Virus record (IMG/VR): IMGVR_UViG_3300012000_000001
Span: 96,001-160,000 of that record
DNA: 64,000 bases
Direction: 5' to 3' (one strand)
From: a virus
Part shown: piece after piece, positions 8,717 through 18,751 of the stretch
Layout of the letters: every line of letters starts with the position of its first letter
Numbering within the stretch: the stretch's first letter is position 1
The notes under the pieces: generated by a model
What the model was told of the DNA's origin: nothing
The model's input: the letters and a program-made list of their open reading frames with translations, nothing else
The model's database searches: none
Position numbers and translations under genes: made by a program

Positions 8717-10585
8717 TTACTCTCCATATTGTAATATATCTGATATTGTCATAATCTTATCCAACATTGCAACACCTAGAATATCAAATTTGATCAAACC
8801 AAGACCTTCTAAGTCCTGCATTTCCATACCGGCTATGGCTTGTTTATTTCTGGTGTCATATACCATAGGACATACAGAACTCAGATTTTCACTACTAATA
8901 ACTACACCGGCAGCATGTTTTGATTGATTAGATTTAGTACCCTCTAATCGTATTGCCTGCTCAAATCTTTTTGCCAACGGACCTTCGAGCACGTTGTCAT
9001 TAGATATATAGCACCATTCCTTGAGCTTGTCAACATTATTTTCTAATGCCCACTGAATAATAGAAGCTTCACCGGTATCTTCTTTCATTTCTTGAAGCTC
9101 GTCTGCAATTTTGGCTTCGTCTGGAATATTTTTTGTAATCCTATTCATTTCATCAAACGAAATATTGCCATATACTCTTAAAACTTCTTTAAGAGCCCCT
9201 CTACCTTTCATAGTATTGAAAGTAATCATCTGAGAAACCTTATTTGCACCATACTTATTTTTAATATAGTCAATAATATATTCTCGTTTGGTGATAGGTA
9301 CGTCAACATCTATATCTGGCATGGATATGTGATCGACTGTATTTCGCCCCTCATTATAAAATCTTTCGAATAACAAATCATATTTGATAGGATTAATATC
9401 TGTTATACCTATTAGATATGATACCAGACAACCAGCAGCACTACCTCTTCCGGGACCGGGAAGCCAGCCATGGGATTTAACGTGATTCACAATATCCTGA
9501 ACAATTAGAAAGTAGCTGGACAAACCCGCATTTTGTAAAACACTGAGTTCAAATTTAATTCTGTTTAAATAAGTTTCGTGTTCAGTTTCGGGTATTTTAT
9601 TAGATATTTTATCTCGCCAACCATTTCGGCATAGTTGTCTGAGGTATTCGTCTGGTTCTAAATTATTAGGACAATCAAATTTAGGCAAAGCCGGTTTGCT
9701 TAAAATGCTGTATTCTTCACACAAAGAATCAACATAGAGAGTATTCTCAATTTCTTCTTCTGTGTGTAGTGCAAACATTTCTTCTGGAGACAGAATATGA
9801 TAGTTATCTGACTGAAAAAAACAACTTAGAGGAACTTCCTGATTGGCTAAAAGTTTTTTGTTAACGTCTACTAGTGTTGTTTTAAGATTATTACACAACA
9901 ATATACGTTGATCTATAGCATCCTCTTTATTGCAATAGTGTGCGTCTGGAGTGCAGATTACTTTTGTATTGGTTTTCTGTCCAAGAGCACGAACAAAATC
10001 AGTAACCTCTTGCTGCATAGGGTTTAACACCCTATCCATTAGTTGTACCTCAAGGAAAAAATTTTCTGGACCAAAAATTTCTTTCATCTTGGCTACAAAA
10101 TCTATGCCAGTCTTTTCAGCAGTGTTTGAGGATGTTTCAACCAAATCTGGCAACAAAGACCCTAGGTGGCCACAAAATCCTATAATGTTTCCATCTAAGA
10201 AATTTGCTAATTTATCCATACTAATTCTAGGCTTATGATAAAAATTTTCTTCTCTATTAGTTTCAGAAACTATAGAAATAAGCCTACGCCAACCAGCCAA
10301 GTTTTTAGCCAATACTAAAAAATGACTTAAGCCATTATTTTCTTTAGACTTGATAGTAGAATCATCATGAGAAATATATAGTTCACACCCCAAAATAGGT
10401 TTGATGTTTTGAGCCCTAAGTGCTTGAAAAAACTGTAAGGAACCAGATATGGTGCCATGATCAGTAAGGGCACAAGACTTTATGCCTACACTAGCACATC
10501 TTTGTGCTATTTGATGAGGCTTACTAATTCCATCCAATAAACTGTAGTGAGAATGATTATGCAAAGAGGCGTATGTTTTTGTCAT
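8717..10585 (-). CDS. dnaE: DNA polymerase III alpha subunit, N-terminal half (PHP plus palm)
   Basis: LHNHSHYSLLDG, ALTDHG, PDAHY, GPGRGSAAGCLVSY, MPDIDVD, KHAAGVVI, LIKFDILG. Confidence 0.95.
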   Translation of the reverse strand: MTKTYASLHNHSHYSLLDGISKPHQIAQRCASVGIKSCALTDHGTISGSLQFFQALRAQNIKPILGCELYISHDDSTIKSKENNGLSHFLVLAKNLAGWRRLISIVSETNREENFYHKPRISMDKLANFLDGNIIGFCGHLGSLLPDLVETSSNTAEKTGIDFVAKMKEIFGPENFFLEVQLMDRVLNPMQQEVTDFVRALGQKTNTKVICTPDAHYCNKEDAIDQRILLCNNLKTTLVDVNKKLLANQEVPLSCFFQSDNYHILSPEEMFALHTEEEIENTLYVDSLCEEYSILSKPALPKFDCPNNLEPDEYLRQLCRNGWRDKISNKIPETEHETYLNRIKFELSVLQNAGLSSYFLIVQDIVNHVKSHGWLPGPGRGSAAGCLVSYLIGITDINPIKYDLLFERFYNEGRNTVDHISMPDIDVDVPITKREYIIDYIKNKYGANKVSQMITFNTMKGRGALKEVLRVYGNISFDEMNRITKNIPDEAKIADELQEMKEDTGEASIIQWALENNVDKLKEWCYISNDNVLEGPLAKRFEQAIRLEGTKSNQSKHAAGVVISSENLSSVCPMVYDTRNKQAIAGMEMQDLEGLGLIKFDILGVAMLDKIMTISDILQYGE

Positions 10586-11622
10586 ACCGATCCTGGTGCC
10601 TTATAAGATCCAAAAGAGTGATTCGGGTGTTTGTACAGTTCCATTGTAGTGTCGATACCGTAAAGATCAAGGTCGTGCTTTATCTGCTCGCACTTAGTCA
10701 TTTTCTGTCCAATCTGACACACCTGACCGTCCCTATATTCGACTATGGGTTCGATATTGGTGTTTTCAAATGTGGTTTTACCAAAATGACATAGCTTGCT
10801 ACACATCCAGCTTTTGTTTAGTCTTGGCTTCCGTGTGCTTTTAATAGCTTCAAATTTAGCCCGTAGCATATTCTCAGTATCTGCTAAATCAGAATCATGA
10901 AAACAAATGGTGAATGGTCCGCCATCATTAATAAAATATATCGAAAACATAATATGTTTAATATGTGGATATAAGTGCTTGATAGCATAATGATAAATGC
11001 GTAATTGAGGATCTTTTTCTAGTTTTTCTTGTGTTTTTTCTTCCCCGGTTGCCCAATCAAGCCTTCTGCCTGTTTTCCAGTCTATGATCTCTATAGTATC
11101 CTCATTCACTAAAGTAATAAGGTCTATAGTCCCCTTCATTGCTAAATTACCTGCTATCGTTTGAGACCCAACATTATATGAGTATTTAGCCCATGGTTTT
11201 TTAATCTCAAAATCAAAGTGTTGTTCTGGACACAGTATCTGTCTATTTCTTGGATCAAACATTCCATTATTAAATTTTATAGCCTTATAGACCCAGGCAT
11301 GACAATCCTTATAATCTTTAGCCGACCATTTGTGGTGTTGTGTGAGGTCAGTATAGTGCTTATATACTTGTTCAATAATGCTATTTAAGTTATATTTATT
11401 TACATTTATTAAACCAACTACATCATCGTCAATAGACTCCAAATTATCTTGTTGAGCCTTCTTGATGACTGCTAAAATTTCTAAAACCTTATGGGTAATA
11501 GTGCCTTTGTCTGCCTTTTGGCCAGATAGACCACGCCACCCTAAAACATATTCCCCAAAATATTGTTGTTCACACATTGAGTGTGTATTGTAACTGGAAC
11601 TACGAAAATATGTTATAATCAT
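10582..11622 (-). CDS. PD-(D/E)XK exonuclease, Cas4/AddB-like
   Basis: GTIDLI...IIDWKTG, QLRIYHYA; one N-terminal Cys (SMCEQQY) and C-terminal CSKLC...C cluster. Confidence 0.8.
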   Translation of the reverse strand: MIITYFRSSSYNTHSMCEQQYFGEYVLGWRGLSGQKADKGTITHKVLEILAVIKKAQQDNLESIDDDVVGLINVNKYNLNSIIEQVYKHYTDLTQHHKWSAKDYKDCHAWVYKAIKFNNGMFDPRNRQILCPEQHFDFEIKKPWAKYSYNVGSQTIAGNLAMKGTIDLITLVNEDTIEIIDWKTGRRLDWATGEEKTQEKLEKDPQLRIYHYAIKHLYPHIKHIMFSIYFINDGGPFTICFHDSDLADTENMLRAKFEAIKSTRKPRLNKSWMCSKLCHFGKTTFENTNIEPIVEYRDGQVCQIGQKMTKCEQIKHDLDLYGIDTTMELYKHPNHSFGSYKAPGSV

Positions 11623-12350
11623 CTGGTCAATCCTAGGATTTTTTCTATTAATGTTTTTACTTGACTAACCTGATCATATATAGACGACTCAGCATTGTCT
11701 ATCACATGATCAAATTTGGACCAATCATACCTATCTTTATCTAAGATGCATTCGCTTAAATGATCAGAGTTGTGCGGATTCCGAGTAAGTCTTAATACTT
11801 TACCTCCGATATTTTGTATAGCCTCAACTTCGTTTGGAAAACGGCAATCGGTTATAACGGCTAGTTTGGGTTGTTCTCTCACAATTTTAGTAACTGTAGC
11901 TTTAACCCATACGTCAGAATCTAGCTTGCGAAAAATATCGGTCCCGATAATCTGCATAGCGTCTCTAGCAGTTAGCGGCTGATCATTCCATGTCAAGTGT
12001 GTTGGTTGGTTTTTGTCCATATCTGAGCCATAACACTGATCATATGTTAAACCCAAAATATTCATACAAATATCTTGTTTTAACACATCAGCAAAGTTAT
12101 AAATTTTAATTTGACTATTTAGTTTGGCTAATAGAGATTGGGCTTCTGTATCTGTTTTGGGTATAGATAACGGAGAGAACACCCCTTCGTATTGTTTATT
12201 TCCACCAAGGTCCGATATAAGAACCTGCCCATCTTCATCAAAAAATATTTTTTCAGCCAAATTAAGTTTAGCAATATATAACGATAAAATAAAATTACCC
12301 ACCGTTGTTTTCCCAGACTGCTTGCGACCAGAAACACCCAACACTATCAT
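11619..12350 (-). CDS. deoxynucleoside monophosphate kinase-like protein
   Basis: GVSGRKQSGKTT, NFADVLK, ARDAMQIIGTD, VITDCRFPNE. Confidence 0.8.
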   Translation of the reverse strand: MIVLGVSGRKQSGKTTVGNFILSLYIAKLNLAEKIFFDEDGQVLISDLGGNKQYEGVFSPLSIPKTDTEAQSLLAKLNSQIKIYNFADVLKQDICMNILGLTYDQCYGSDMDKNQPTHLTWNDQPLTARDAMQIIGTDIFRKLDSDVWVKATVTKIVREQPKLAVITDCRFPNEVEAIQNIGGKVLRLTRNPHNSDHLSECILDKDRYDWSKFDHVIDNAESSIYDQVSQVKTLIEKILGLTR

Positions 12351-13513
12351 ATAGTATATCCTTTAAGTTGTGGTACTATGCTTTCATGAATCTGTTCTAT
12401 TGTCATATCTGCAATATCATTAGAAGTTAATTGTATATGTTTAATGTTATATGTTCTACAACATTTCTCTTCAATATTTTTAGCAGCTGCCTGACCAGCT
12501 TGGTCATTGTCCATAATAGTAATTATGTTCATTGCGCCCGAAATGTCCAATAACATCTTCTGCTTGTGGCTTAATGATGCGCCGAAGATGGCAACAGCAT
12601 TGTGTATTCCTGCTTCTTCTAGTCTCCATACGTTACCGGGACTCTCTACAAGAATAACGGTATGAGAAGTAGAAATATGGTCTTTTGCAAACCAATAGTT
12701 GTACAGACACTCTTGGGTTTTAAAGTTTTTATTATGTCTCCATTTAGAATATTTCCAAATTTCACTATCTGATGGACAGTCGCTGTCTGGTATATGATAT
12801 CCTGAACATTGGCCGCATTTATCATGTATTGTTCTACCCGTACACCCAATCATATATTGGCCACTATCATCATAGACAGGGACAACCGCTCTAGAGTGCA
12901 TTTCTTTGTTGGGATCAGAGCAGTCTCCTACGTCATACCGTCTCAATACTTCCTCGCTGAACCCTCTATTTAAAAAGTAAGTGGAAGGAATCGACAATGC
13001 TTTAACAACCGATGCTCGGGGCACAGTGCTGATATTGGCCAACCTATCAGAAGGCTGAATATTTTTAATAGCATTAATAAAAGTGGACTTTTCTTTAGCC
13101 TTTTTAGACACCTTTATATTAGCAGGATCCTCTTTGCTAAAATCAATAGCATACCCAAGAGCCTCTGCAAAAGACACTACTGGGTCTCCGGGTTTTACCC
13201 ATCCCTTTTCATGAGATAAGCATCCTCTAATAAATCCTATGATAGAGGACTTGAATGTTTCCTCACATTGATGAGTACGACATTTCCAATTTCCCCTATA
13301 AGAATCTCCTTGATGATATAAATTAAAAGCAGAGTCATTATCCCCACCATGAATGGGACAACTCATAATGATCATTTTGTCTAACATTCTATAAGAAGTT
13401 ATACCAAGATGGCTCAAAAGGTTTTCAATATCATCACAAACAACATCAGATAAATGCTTTAACTGATGCTGATCATACGAAAGGTATTTCTTCTGTTTCT
13501 TCATTGTTTTCAT
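12347..13513 (-). CDS. dnaG: DNA primase (CHC2 zinc finger plus TOPRIM)
   Basis: CPIHGGDNDSAF...C, VILVESPGNV, IMDNDQAG; extra CGQC..H..C insertion. Confidence 0.85.
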   Translation of the reverse strand: MKTMKKQKKYLSYDQHQLKHLSDVVCDDIENLLSHLGITSYRMLDKMIIMSCPIHGGDNDSAFNLYHQGDSYRGNWKCRTHQCEETFKSSIIGFIRGCLSHEKGWVKPGDPVVSFAEALGYAIDFSKEDPANIKVSKKAKEKSTFINAIKNIQPSDRLANISTVPRASVVKALSIPSTYFLNRGFSEEVLRRYDVGDCSDPNKEMHSRAVVPVYDDSGQYMIGCTGRTIHDKCGQCSGYHIPDSDCPSDSEIWKYSKWRHNKNFKTQECLYNYWFAKDHISTSHTVILVESPGNVWRLEEAGIHNAVAIFGASLSHKQKMLLDISGAMNIITIMDNDQAGQAAAKNIEEKCCRTYNIKHIQLTSNDIADMTIEQIHESIVPQLKGYTI

Positions 13514-14945
13514 TGTTGCTAACTATAAACCCATCTTTTTTAGTTTGAACATTATTCATTAATTCTAATCTGGTCTTGCCCTCTGTAATTTTAGCACACC
13601 ACCCCTTCATATGACAGTTGATGTAGTCATTATCGTCTAATCCTCCACCATGGCGACTAATTAACGGAACCAGTTTTCTGTTTCCATGTTCTCCGCCATC
13701 TTCTGCAATCTCTTCGTCTGATTTACGTTTAAAAATAGTAAAGTTGCTGCACAACCATATAATTCTATCGGAACCGCTGGCAGTATCAGTACTTTCTTTA
13801 GATATGCCATCTCTATTTAATTGAATAAAGGCTACAATAGGTACTTTGTATTTAACGGCAAAATTATGTAATGATGTCATCATAAACCCAAGGACTTGGT
13901 ATTCTTTCATATCCTGAGAAATACCAGCAGAGTCCATGAGCTTTAGATAATCATAAAAAATTACACACTCTTTGGCAGTGCCGTCATCATTGAGCCCCAC
14001 TTCTTTAACTATCCACCTCCTCATTAGAGCTAGTTGTTCTTCAAATGATTTTCCTGCAATACTATGGTGGTAAAGTCTACTCTCCTTAAGCTCATTAACA
14101 GCCGCTTTCATCTTGGCTAAAGATCCGGGCGTATCTCCAAATTTGCCTGTTTCTATCTTAGATATTTCTAATTCTGATGACATAGCAAGTATACGATGCA
14201 CATGATCTTCTCTAGTCATTTCGGTATCCATATTCAATACCGGTATTTTTAACTTGCTAGCAATATAATAACCCATATTGTCTGATAGTAGTGTTTTACC
14301 TACTTTGGGTCTAGCTGCTATCACATTAACAGTTCCGCGACGTAATCCTCCACCAATAGACTGGTCATATACAGGAAAACCTGTTGAGATACCAATCTGA
14401 TCAACTTTATTCTCTTGTAAAGACTTAATATAATCATCAATATCTTTACTAATAGCCAACGGAGTAGATTCTCCGTCACTTGATAATGATGAAGCAAAGT
14501 TAAAGATGGAATCTTCTGCAATGCCTATTATAGAAGATATGTTTTCTGAGCCAGTAACATCTAATAGCTGTTCTTGCACACCTTCAAGTTCCTTATGGAG
14601 CAATCTCGCTATTTCGAGTTTCTTAATCTTTGCAGCAAATTTTCTAACATTCTCCAAATTAACTGGGAAGTCAAAAATTGCTTTGAGATGCTGCGCTTCT
14701 TCTTTCTTTGATAGAATATGAGAAAGATCTAGTTCTTGGGCAGAAGAGTATATCGAAGCCAGATCGATTTTAGTTTGTGAATTTTTATCACAGATATTCT
14801 TAATACATTTATAGATTATTTGATTGCTGTCAATAGTAAATGTATCTTCTTTAAGAATATCACAAATATCCAAATAGGCATCCTCACCATACTTTAAGAT
14901 GCCGCTCAATACCGCACGCTCTGCGGAAGGATCACATAAAATCAT
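13473..14945 (-). CDS. dnaB: replicative DNA helicase
   Basis: SAERAVLSG, ISTGF, IAARPKVGKT, FYDYLKLM, FIQLNR. Confidence 0.93.
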   Translation of the reverse strand: MILCDPSAERAVLSGILKYGEDAYLDICDILKEDTFTIDSNQIIYKCIKNICDKNSQTKIDLASIYSSAQELDLSHILSKKEEAQHLKAIFDFPVNLENVRKFAAKIKKLEIARLLHKELEGVQEQLLDVTGSENISSIIGIAEDSIFNFASSLSSDGESTPLAISKDIDDYIKSLQENKVDQIGISTGFPVYDQSIGGGLRRGTVNVIAARPKVGKTLLSDNMGYYIASKLKIPVLNMDTEMTREDHVHRILAMSSELEISKIETGKFGDTPGSLAKMKAAVNELKESRLYHHSIAGKSFEEQLALMRRWIVKEVGLNDDGTAKECVIFYDYLKLMDSAGISQDMKEYQVLGFMMTSLHNFAVKYKVPIVAFIQLNRDGISKESTDTASGSDRIIWLCSNFTIFKRKSDEEIAEDGGEHGNRKLVPLISRHGGGLDDNDYINCHMKGWCAKITEGKTRLELMNNVQTKKDGFIVSNNENNEETEEIPFV

Positions 14946-14954
14946 AAATAGCTT

Positions 14955-15386
14955 TTACCCCGCTTGAGTTGAACAATTATTACACTTATATCTCGATGCG
15001 CCTTCAAAAATAAGTCCTGGACTTACTATTTCGGTTCTCCCACATACTCTACAGGTTACTTCTACTGGTTCAAACTCCCTCATCCTCGCTACAGGAGGAT
15101 GCTTAGCAAGTTTTTTGTCTACTGCTGCATCCTCTTTATGCATATTAAATTCTGGCATATTAGCAAACTTGTTCTCAAATTCATCATCATCTTTTCTTTT
15201 TCTTTGACGACTTTTAGTTTTCAGCTTTGTTGGTGCTGTTTTTGGTTTTCTTGTATTAGGAGCAGTTTCTGGTACGTCATCTGCTTCTGCGGCAGTAACA
15301 GTATCGTCATTTGGCAGAAGACTCTGTAGTAAATTAATTAAAAGCTTAACATTTTCTGGATTGTTTAATACTTCTTTAGGATCCAT
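14955..15386 (-). CDS. hypothetical protein with C-terminal zinc ribbon
   Basis: CRVCG...CNNC at the C-terminus; disordered basic/acidic middle. Confidence 0.65.
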   Translation of the reverse strand: MDPKEVLNNPENVKLLINLLQSLLPNDDTVTAAEADDVPETAPNTRKPKTAPTKLKTKSRQRKRKDDDEFENKFANMPEFNMHKEDAAVDKKLAKHPPVARMREFEPVEVTCRVCGRTEIVSPGLIFEGASRYKCNNCSTQAG

Positions 15387-15867
15387 GGTTCACCTTGGCT
15401 CGTTGAATAGATAACATAATATCAGATAAATTCTTTAAACTATTAGCTATATAAGATAATCTATCAGATCTTTGCTTTGCAAATTTCTTAATATTGTTCA
15501 GAGATTGGGCTTTTTCATTATGCTTAATCGCCTGCAAGGATTTCTCTATATATCCGTAACCCTTATAATTATTAATTTCATCAGCAATGGTTTCTTTAAT
15601 AGATTCATCGGCCCAGTTTTGTCTAGCAATTTCTCTGTTTATTGTTCTTTGAACATGAAAAGCAAACTGTGCCAGCCTATATGATATTTGGGCACAGTCC
15701 TCTGGTGATAACTTTTCTATCTCGTCTCTCGACATAGTAAGATAGTTATTTATTTCCTGTTCGGATACACCATATGTCTGAGTATATTCAGGCAAAGCAA
15801 TGCTCTTTTCATACTCATCCAGTATTTTGTCCCAATGCTGTAAATCTTCTTTTGCTGTTCTAGTCAT
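15376..15867 (-). CDS. helical/coiled-coil hypothetical protein
   Basis: Long ORF in operon frame; helical heptad character. Confidence 0.7.
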   Translation of the reverse strand: MTRTAKEDLQHWDKILDEYEKSIALPEYTQTYGVSEQEINNYLTMSRDEIEKLSPEDCAQISYRLAQFAFHVQRTINREIARQNWADESIKETIADEINNYKGYGYIEKSLQAIKHNEKAQSLNNIKKFAKQRSDRLSYIANSLKNLSDIMLSIQRAKVNHGS

Positions 15868-16270
15868 TCTGAGATATCCTTTTTCCCCATACGTCAGCTT
15901 CTTCCATATATCCGAATACTATATATTTAATACCATTTTTTTCACACCATTCTTGCTTATCATGATCTCTTTTTTGAGCCTTGAGAAAAGACATTATAGA
16001 ATTATGATAGAATGGTATAAATTTATAATGCTGTTCTCCATGCACTTCTATAGCCATCTTTAACAAGGGAATGTAGAAATCCAGATACAGAGTTTCCGAC
16101 CTTCTTAAAGGAACTGGTACTTCCTCTAAGATCTGCATAGTAGGATAGTTCTGTACGATAACTTTCCTGGCCTGCAAATGAAGAGATGACTTGTTCTGTA
16201 GTTTACCCTTTGAGATGCATCCTGTCAAGTGCCAAGCAACCACATTGTTGTCCAAATCGATAATATTCAT
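15860..16270 (-). CDS. PD-(D/E)XK endonuclease (DUF559/Vsr-like)
   Basis: LYLDFYIP...AIEVHGEQHY...RDHDKQEWC. Confidence 0.75.
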   Translation of the reverse strand: MNIIDLDNNVVAWHLTGCISKGKLQNKSSLHLQARKVIVQNYPTMQILEEVPVPLRRSETLYLDFYIPLLKMAIEVHGEQHYKFIPFYHNSIMSFLKAQKRDHDKQEWCEKNGIKYIVFGYMEEADVWGKRISQND

Positions 16271-17289
16271 TTCTTGATTCCAAGAACCTCTTTTACAGCA
16301 TTTTCTACAATAGTATAGGACTCGGGATTTTCTAATAGATAATTTCTAACCTTTTCAGCCCCTTGGAATTTTGGCTTATCTTCAAGAACTGTAATTGTGT
16401 ACCAAGCACCACCCTTGTGAATTATACCAACATCAGAGGCTAAATTAATAATTTCTGTATATTTATCAATACCTTGTCCATATCGAATAAAACTGGTAGT
16501 TGTAGCTCCGGGCGGACCAAGAGCAGAGCATATTACTTGCCATTCTATTTCTTGTCCGATTTGTGTATTATCAGAACCTAGTAGCCAAGGCTTAAAGGTC
16601 TTAGCTCTAAGCTTAATGTCTGTTTGATAAGCAATAGCCTGTCCAGACTTTTCTTTAAATTCAGCACCATAGCCTGTAGGATTACCCATTAAATGAGTAA
16701 TGCCAATAACTATATTTTTATTTACTGGAATAACATTAGCCACCTTGCGGCAAAATTTAGCTAATAACTTGGCACCGTCTGCTCTCTGCATTTTATCCAT
16801 ATCGGAAGTAATTTCAGCCTCTGTACACAATGCAGAATATGAGTCTATAATTAGAATACAACCAGGAACTTCATTAATAATTCTTTCAGCTATCTGTAAG
16901 TACTCTTCTCCATGTAGAATCTTTCCTTGTTGAGATCCAATCACATGAAATCGAGTTAAGTCCAAATTTGGTATACCTTCCAAATCTCTCTTTTTCAATC
17001 TACCTTCGATGTTAAGGTAGTACACTTGCCGACCATCTTTAAAAGATCCGTGAGCGTATTCTTTTTTTTGTGCTGTAGCGGCAAAGTCCAACGAGGATGT
17101 TGTTTTACCACACTTAGGCTGCCCCGTTAATACAACAAAACTACCCTCAGGTATTCCTCCGTTCAGAGCTATATCCAATGCTGGACTAACTGGTATGGTC
17201 AAAACCTTTTTATCTACAAGAGCATTGCCCGATAAAATGATTTCATCACCAAAATTTTTAATCACATCTTCTTTAAGTGTAGTAGCCAT
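16267..17289 (-). CDS. recA: RecA/UvsX-like recombinase
   Basis: SPALDIALNGGIPEG, GQPKCGKTT, NIEGRL, IIDSYSAL, GAWY. Confidence 0.85.
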   Translation of the reverse strand: MATTLKEDVIKNFGDEIILSGNALVDKKVLTIPVSPALDIALNGGIPEGSFVVLTGQPKCGKTTSSLDFAATAQKKEYAHGSFKDGRQVYYLNIEGRLKKRDLEGIPNLDLTRFHVIGSQQGKILHGEEYLQIAERIINEVPGCILIIDSYSALCTEAEITSDMDKMQRADGAKLLAKFCRKVANVIPVNKNIVIGITHLMGNPTGYGAEFKEKSGQAIAYQTDIKLRAKTFKPWLLGSDNTQIGQEIEWQVICSALGPPGATTTSFIRYGQGIDKYTEIINLASDVGIIHKGGAWYTITVLEDKPKFQGAEKVRNYLLENPESYTIVENAVKEVLGIKK

Positions 17290-17705
17290 TATTCTAAGTC
17301 CCGTAGTTTGGAAATGATATTAGGTTTATTTGTAGTTTTTCTGTGAACTACATTTTCTTTACGATCATAATCTGTAGTCAACTCCGTATTCTCCTGCTCC
17401 ACAGACTTCTGATATTGTTCTATAATAACTATCAGATGAGGAGCACGCAAAGAATAAATTTTCGCTGCTTTGTTATCGTTTAGTGCCTTGATAATGGCTC
17501 TAGGATGGTATTTTTGCAATAGTTTATTTGCTGAACTAATTTGATTTCTATAATAGGCGGCCCATTCTTTAGTGACCCAAAACCTATAATGTAAATCAAC
17601 CGAGTTTAATTGTGCTTTGTGTTCACAAATCAACTCGGTAATATACTGAGCAGCAGAAACGTCTTTGCCGTTAGAATACCGTGACGGGTATTTAGCTTTA
17701 TGCAT
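17289..17705 (-). CDS. hypothetical protein
   Basis: ORF in operon frame with TAATG overlap. Confidence 0.7.
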   Translation of the reverse strand: MHKAKYPSRYSNGKDVSAAQYITELICEHKAQLNSVDLHYRFWVTKEWAAYYRNQISSANKLLQKYHPRAIIKALNDNKAAKIYSLRAPHLIVIIEQYQKSVEQENTELTTDYDRKENVVHRKTTNKPNIISKLRDLE

Positions 17706-18028
17706 TACTTATTATTTGGTCGAAAGATATTCTTTTCTTGGTTACGACCCTGACTAACAGATGCTTGTTTTCTGGTTTCATCGCCAATCGATGAAGCATC
17801 CTTTGTCATGATAGCTACATTATTTAGTTTTTTACCAGACGTATGCGTTATCATTAAATTTTTAGGATTTGTTTTAGAAGTTGTTGCTGCAACCTTAGCA
17901 TGATCAGCTAATACAGAACTAACCTGTTTTTCTGTAACGTCTAGTTCTTCAACTATCTGATCTGTAGTATGGCCAGATTGATGTAGCCAAAGTATTGCGT
18001 ATGTGTTGACTTTAGTAAGTTTAGCCAT
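17705..18028 (-). CDS. hypothetical protein, possible N-terminal HTH
   Basis: SGHTTDQIVEELDVTEKQVSSVL has an HTH-like pattern. Confidence 0.55.
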   Translation of the reverse strand: MAKLTKVNTYAILWLHQSGHTTDQIVEELDVTEKQVSSVLADHAKVAATTSKTNPKNLMITHTSGKKLNNVAIMTKDASSIGDETRKQASVSQGRNQEKNIFRPNNK

Positions 18029-18408
18029 CAGATCTTCTCTCTTTCTGCTTTATTAAGCCATAATAAATTTTTTGAACTAAGAAATTGTAAATAATAATTA
18101 AATACAGTTTGATTTACAGCAGTAAAGCGATTAGTTGGGCGACATGTATTGTCTATAATGCTAGTAGACTTATCTTCTCCCACTTGAGATACAGGATTAT
18201 ATAACTTATTATTTGTTGCTAGACGAATCAAATATTGAGGAGGAGCGCTAAACTTGGTAATAACTTTTGCCAAAACCTTATTATTGTCGGTCCTTGTCAT
18301 AGGGTTGCCTTCTGCATCTAAATATTCTTCATCCCCTATTAAGCAATAGAATTTATATTCTGGGGTGTCATTTTTGTTTTTATCGATTGTAAATATAAAA
18401 TTATCCAT
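18028..18408 (-). CDS. hypothetical protein, paralog of 19105..19506
   Basis: Shared motifs by eye alignment (see findings). Confidence 0.75.
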   Translation of the reverse strand: MDNFIFTIDKNKNDTPEYKFYCLIGDEEYLDAEGNPMTRTDNNKVLAKVITKFSAPPQYLIRLATNNKLYNPVSQVGEDKSTSIIDNTCRPTNRFTAVNQTVFNYYLQFLSSKNLLWLNKAEREKI

Positions 18409-18751
18409 TATTAATCTCCGATGCCGAATCTGTGGCTTCTTTATCTGACATCATAATACATTTCTGTAAACGGTCAAAGAACCCCGCCATATACTCATGG
18501 TAGTGTTTGTTTTGAGGAACTGGAACGTGGTAGTTTTGTTTACAAATTTCATTAACGCCTGTTGTGTTACCAGTATCGTCTTGTTCCAGAACCTTGGCAG
18601 TGACAGTAATAACAATTTCATGCCTACACTCTAAAAGCTTTTCATATTCTTGACTAATTTCATTAGCTAGTGAATATTGTTTTAAAACACTATCTAATGC
18701 GTCGTGTATACTCTTCTTTTCTTCATCACTAATATTTGCACTATCACTCAT
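18401..18751 (-). CDS. hypothetical protein
   Basis: ORF in operon frame. Confidence 0.65.
   Translation of the reverse strand: MSDSANISDEEKKSIHDALDSVLKQYSLANEISQEYEKLLECRHEIVITVTAKVLEQDDTGNTTGVNEICKQNYHVPVPQNKHYHEYMAGFFDRLQKCIMMSDKEATDSASEINNG

Noticed and set aside
7800-8760. Split intein at the dnaE junction
   Set aside because: The N-half has no Cys/Ser-initiated IntN extension and the C-half has no HN/SN-Cys splice junction
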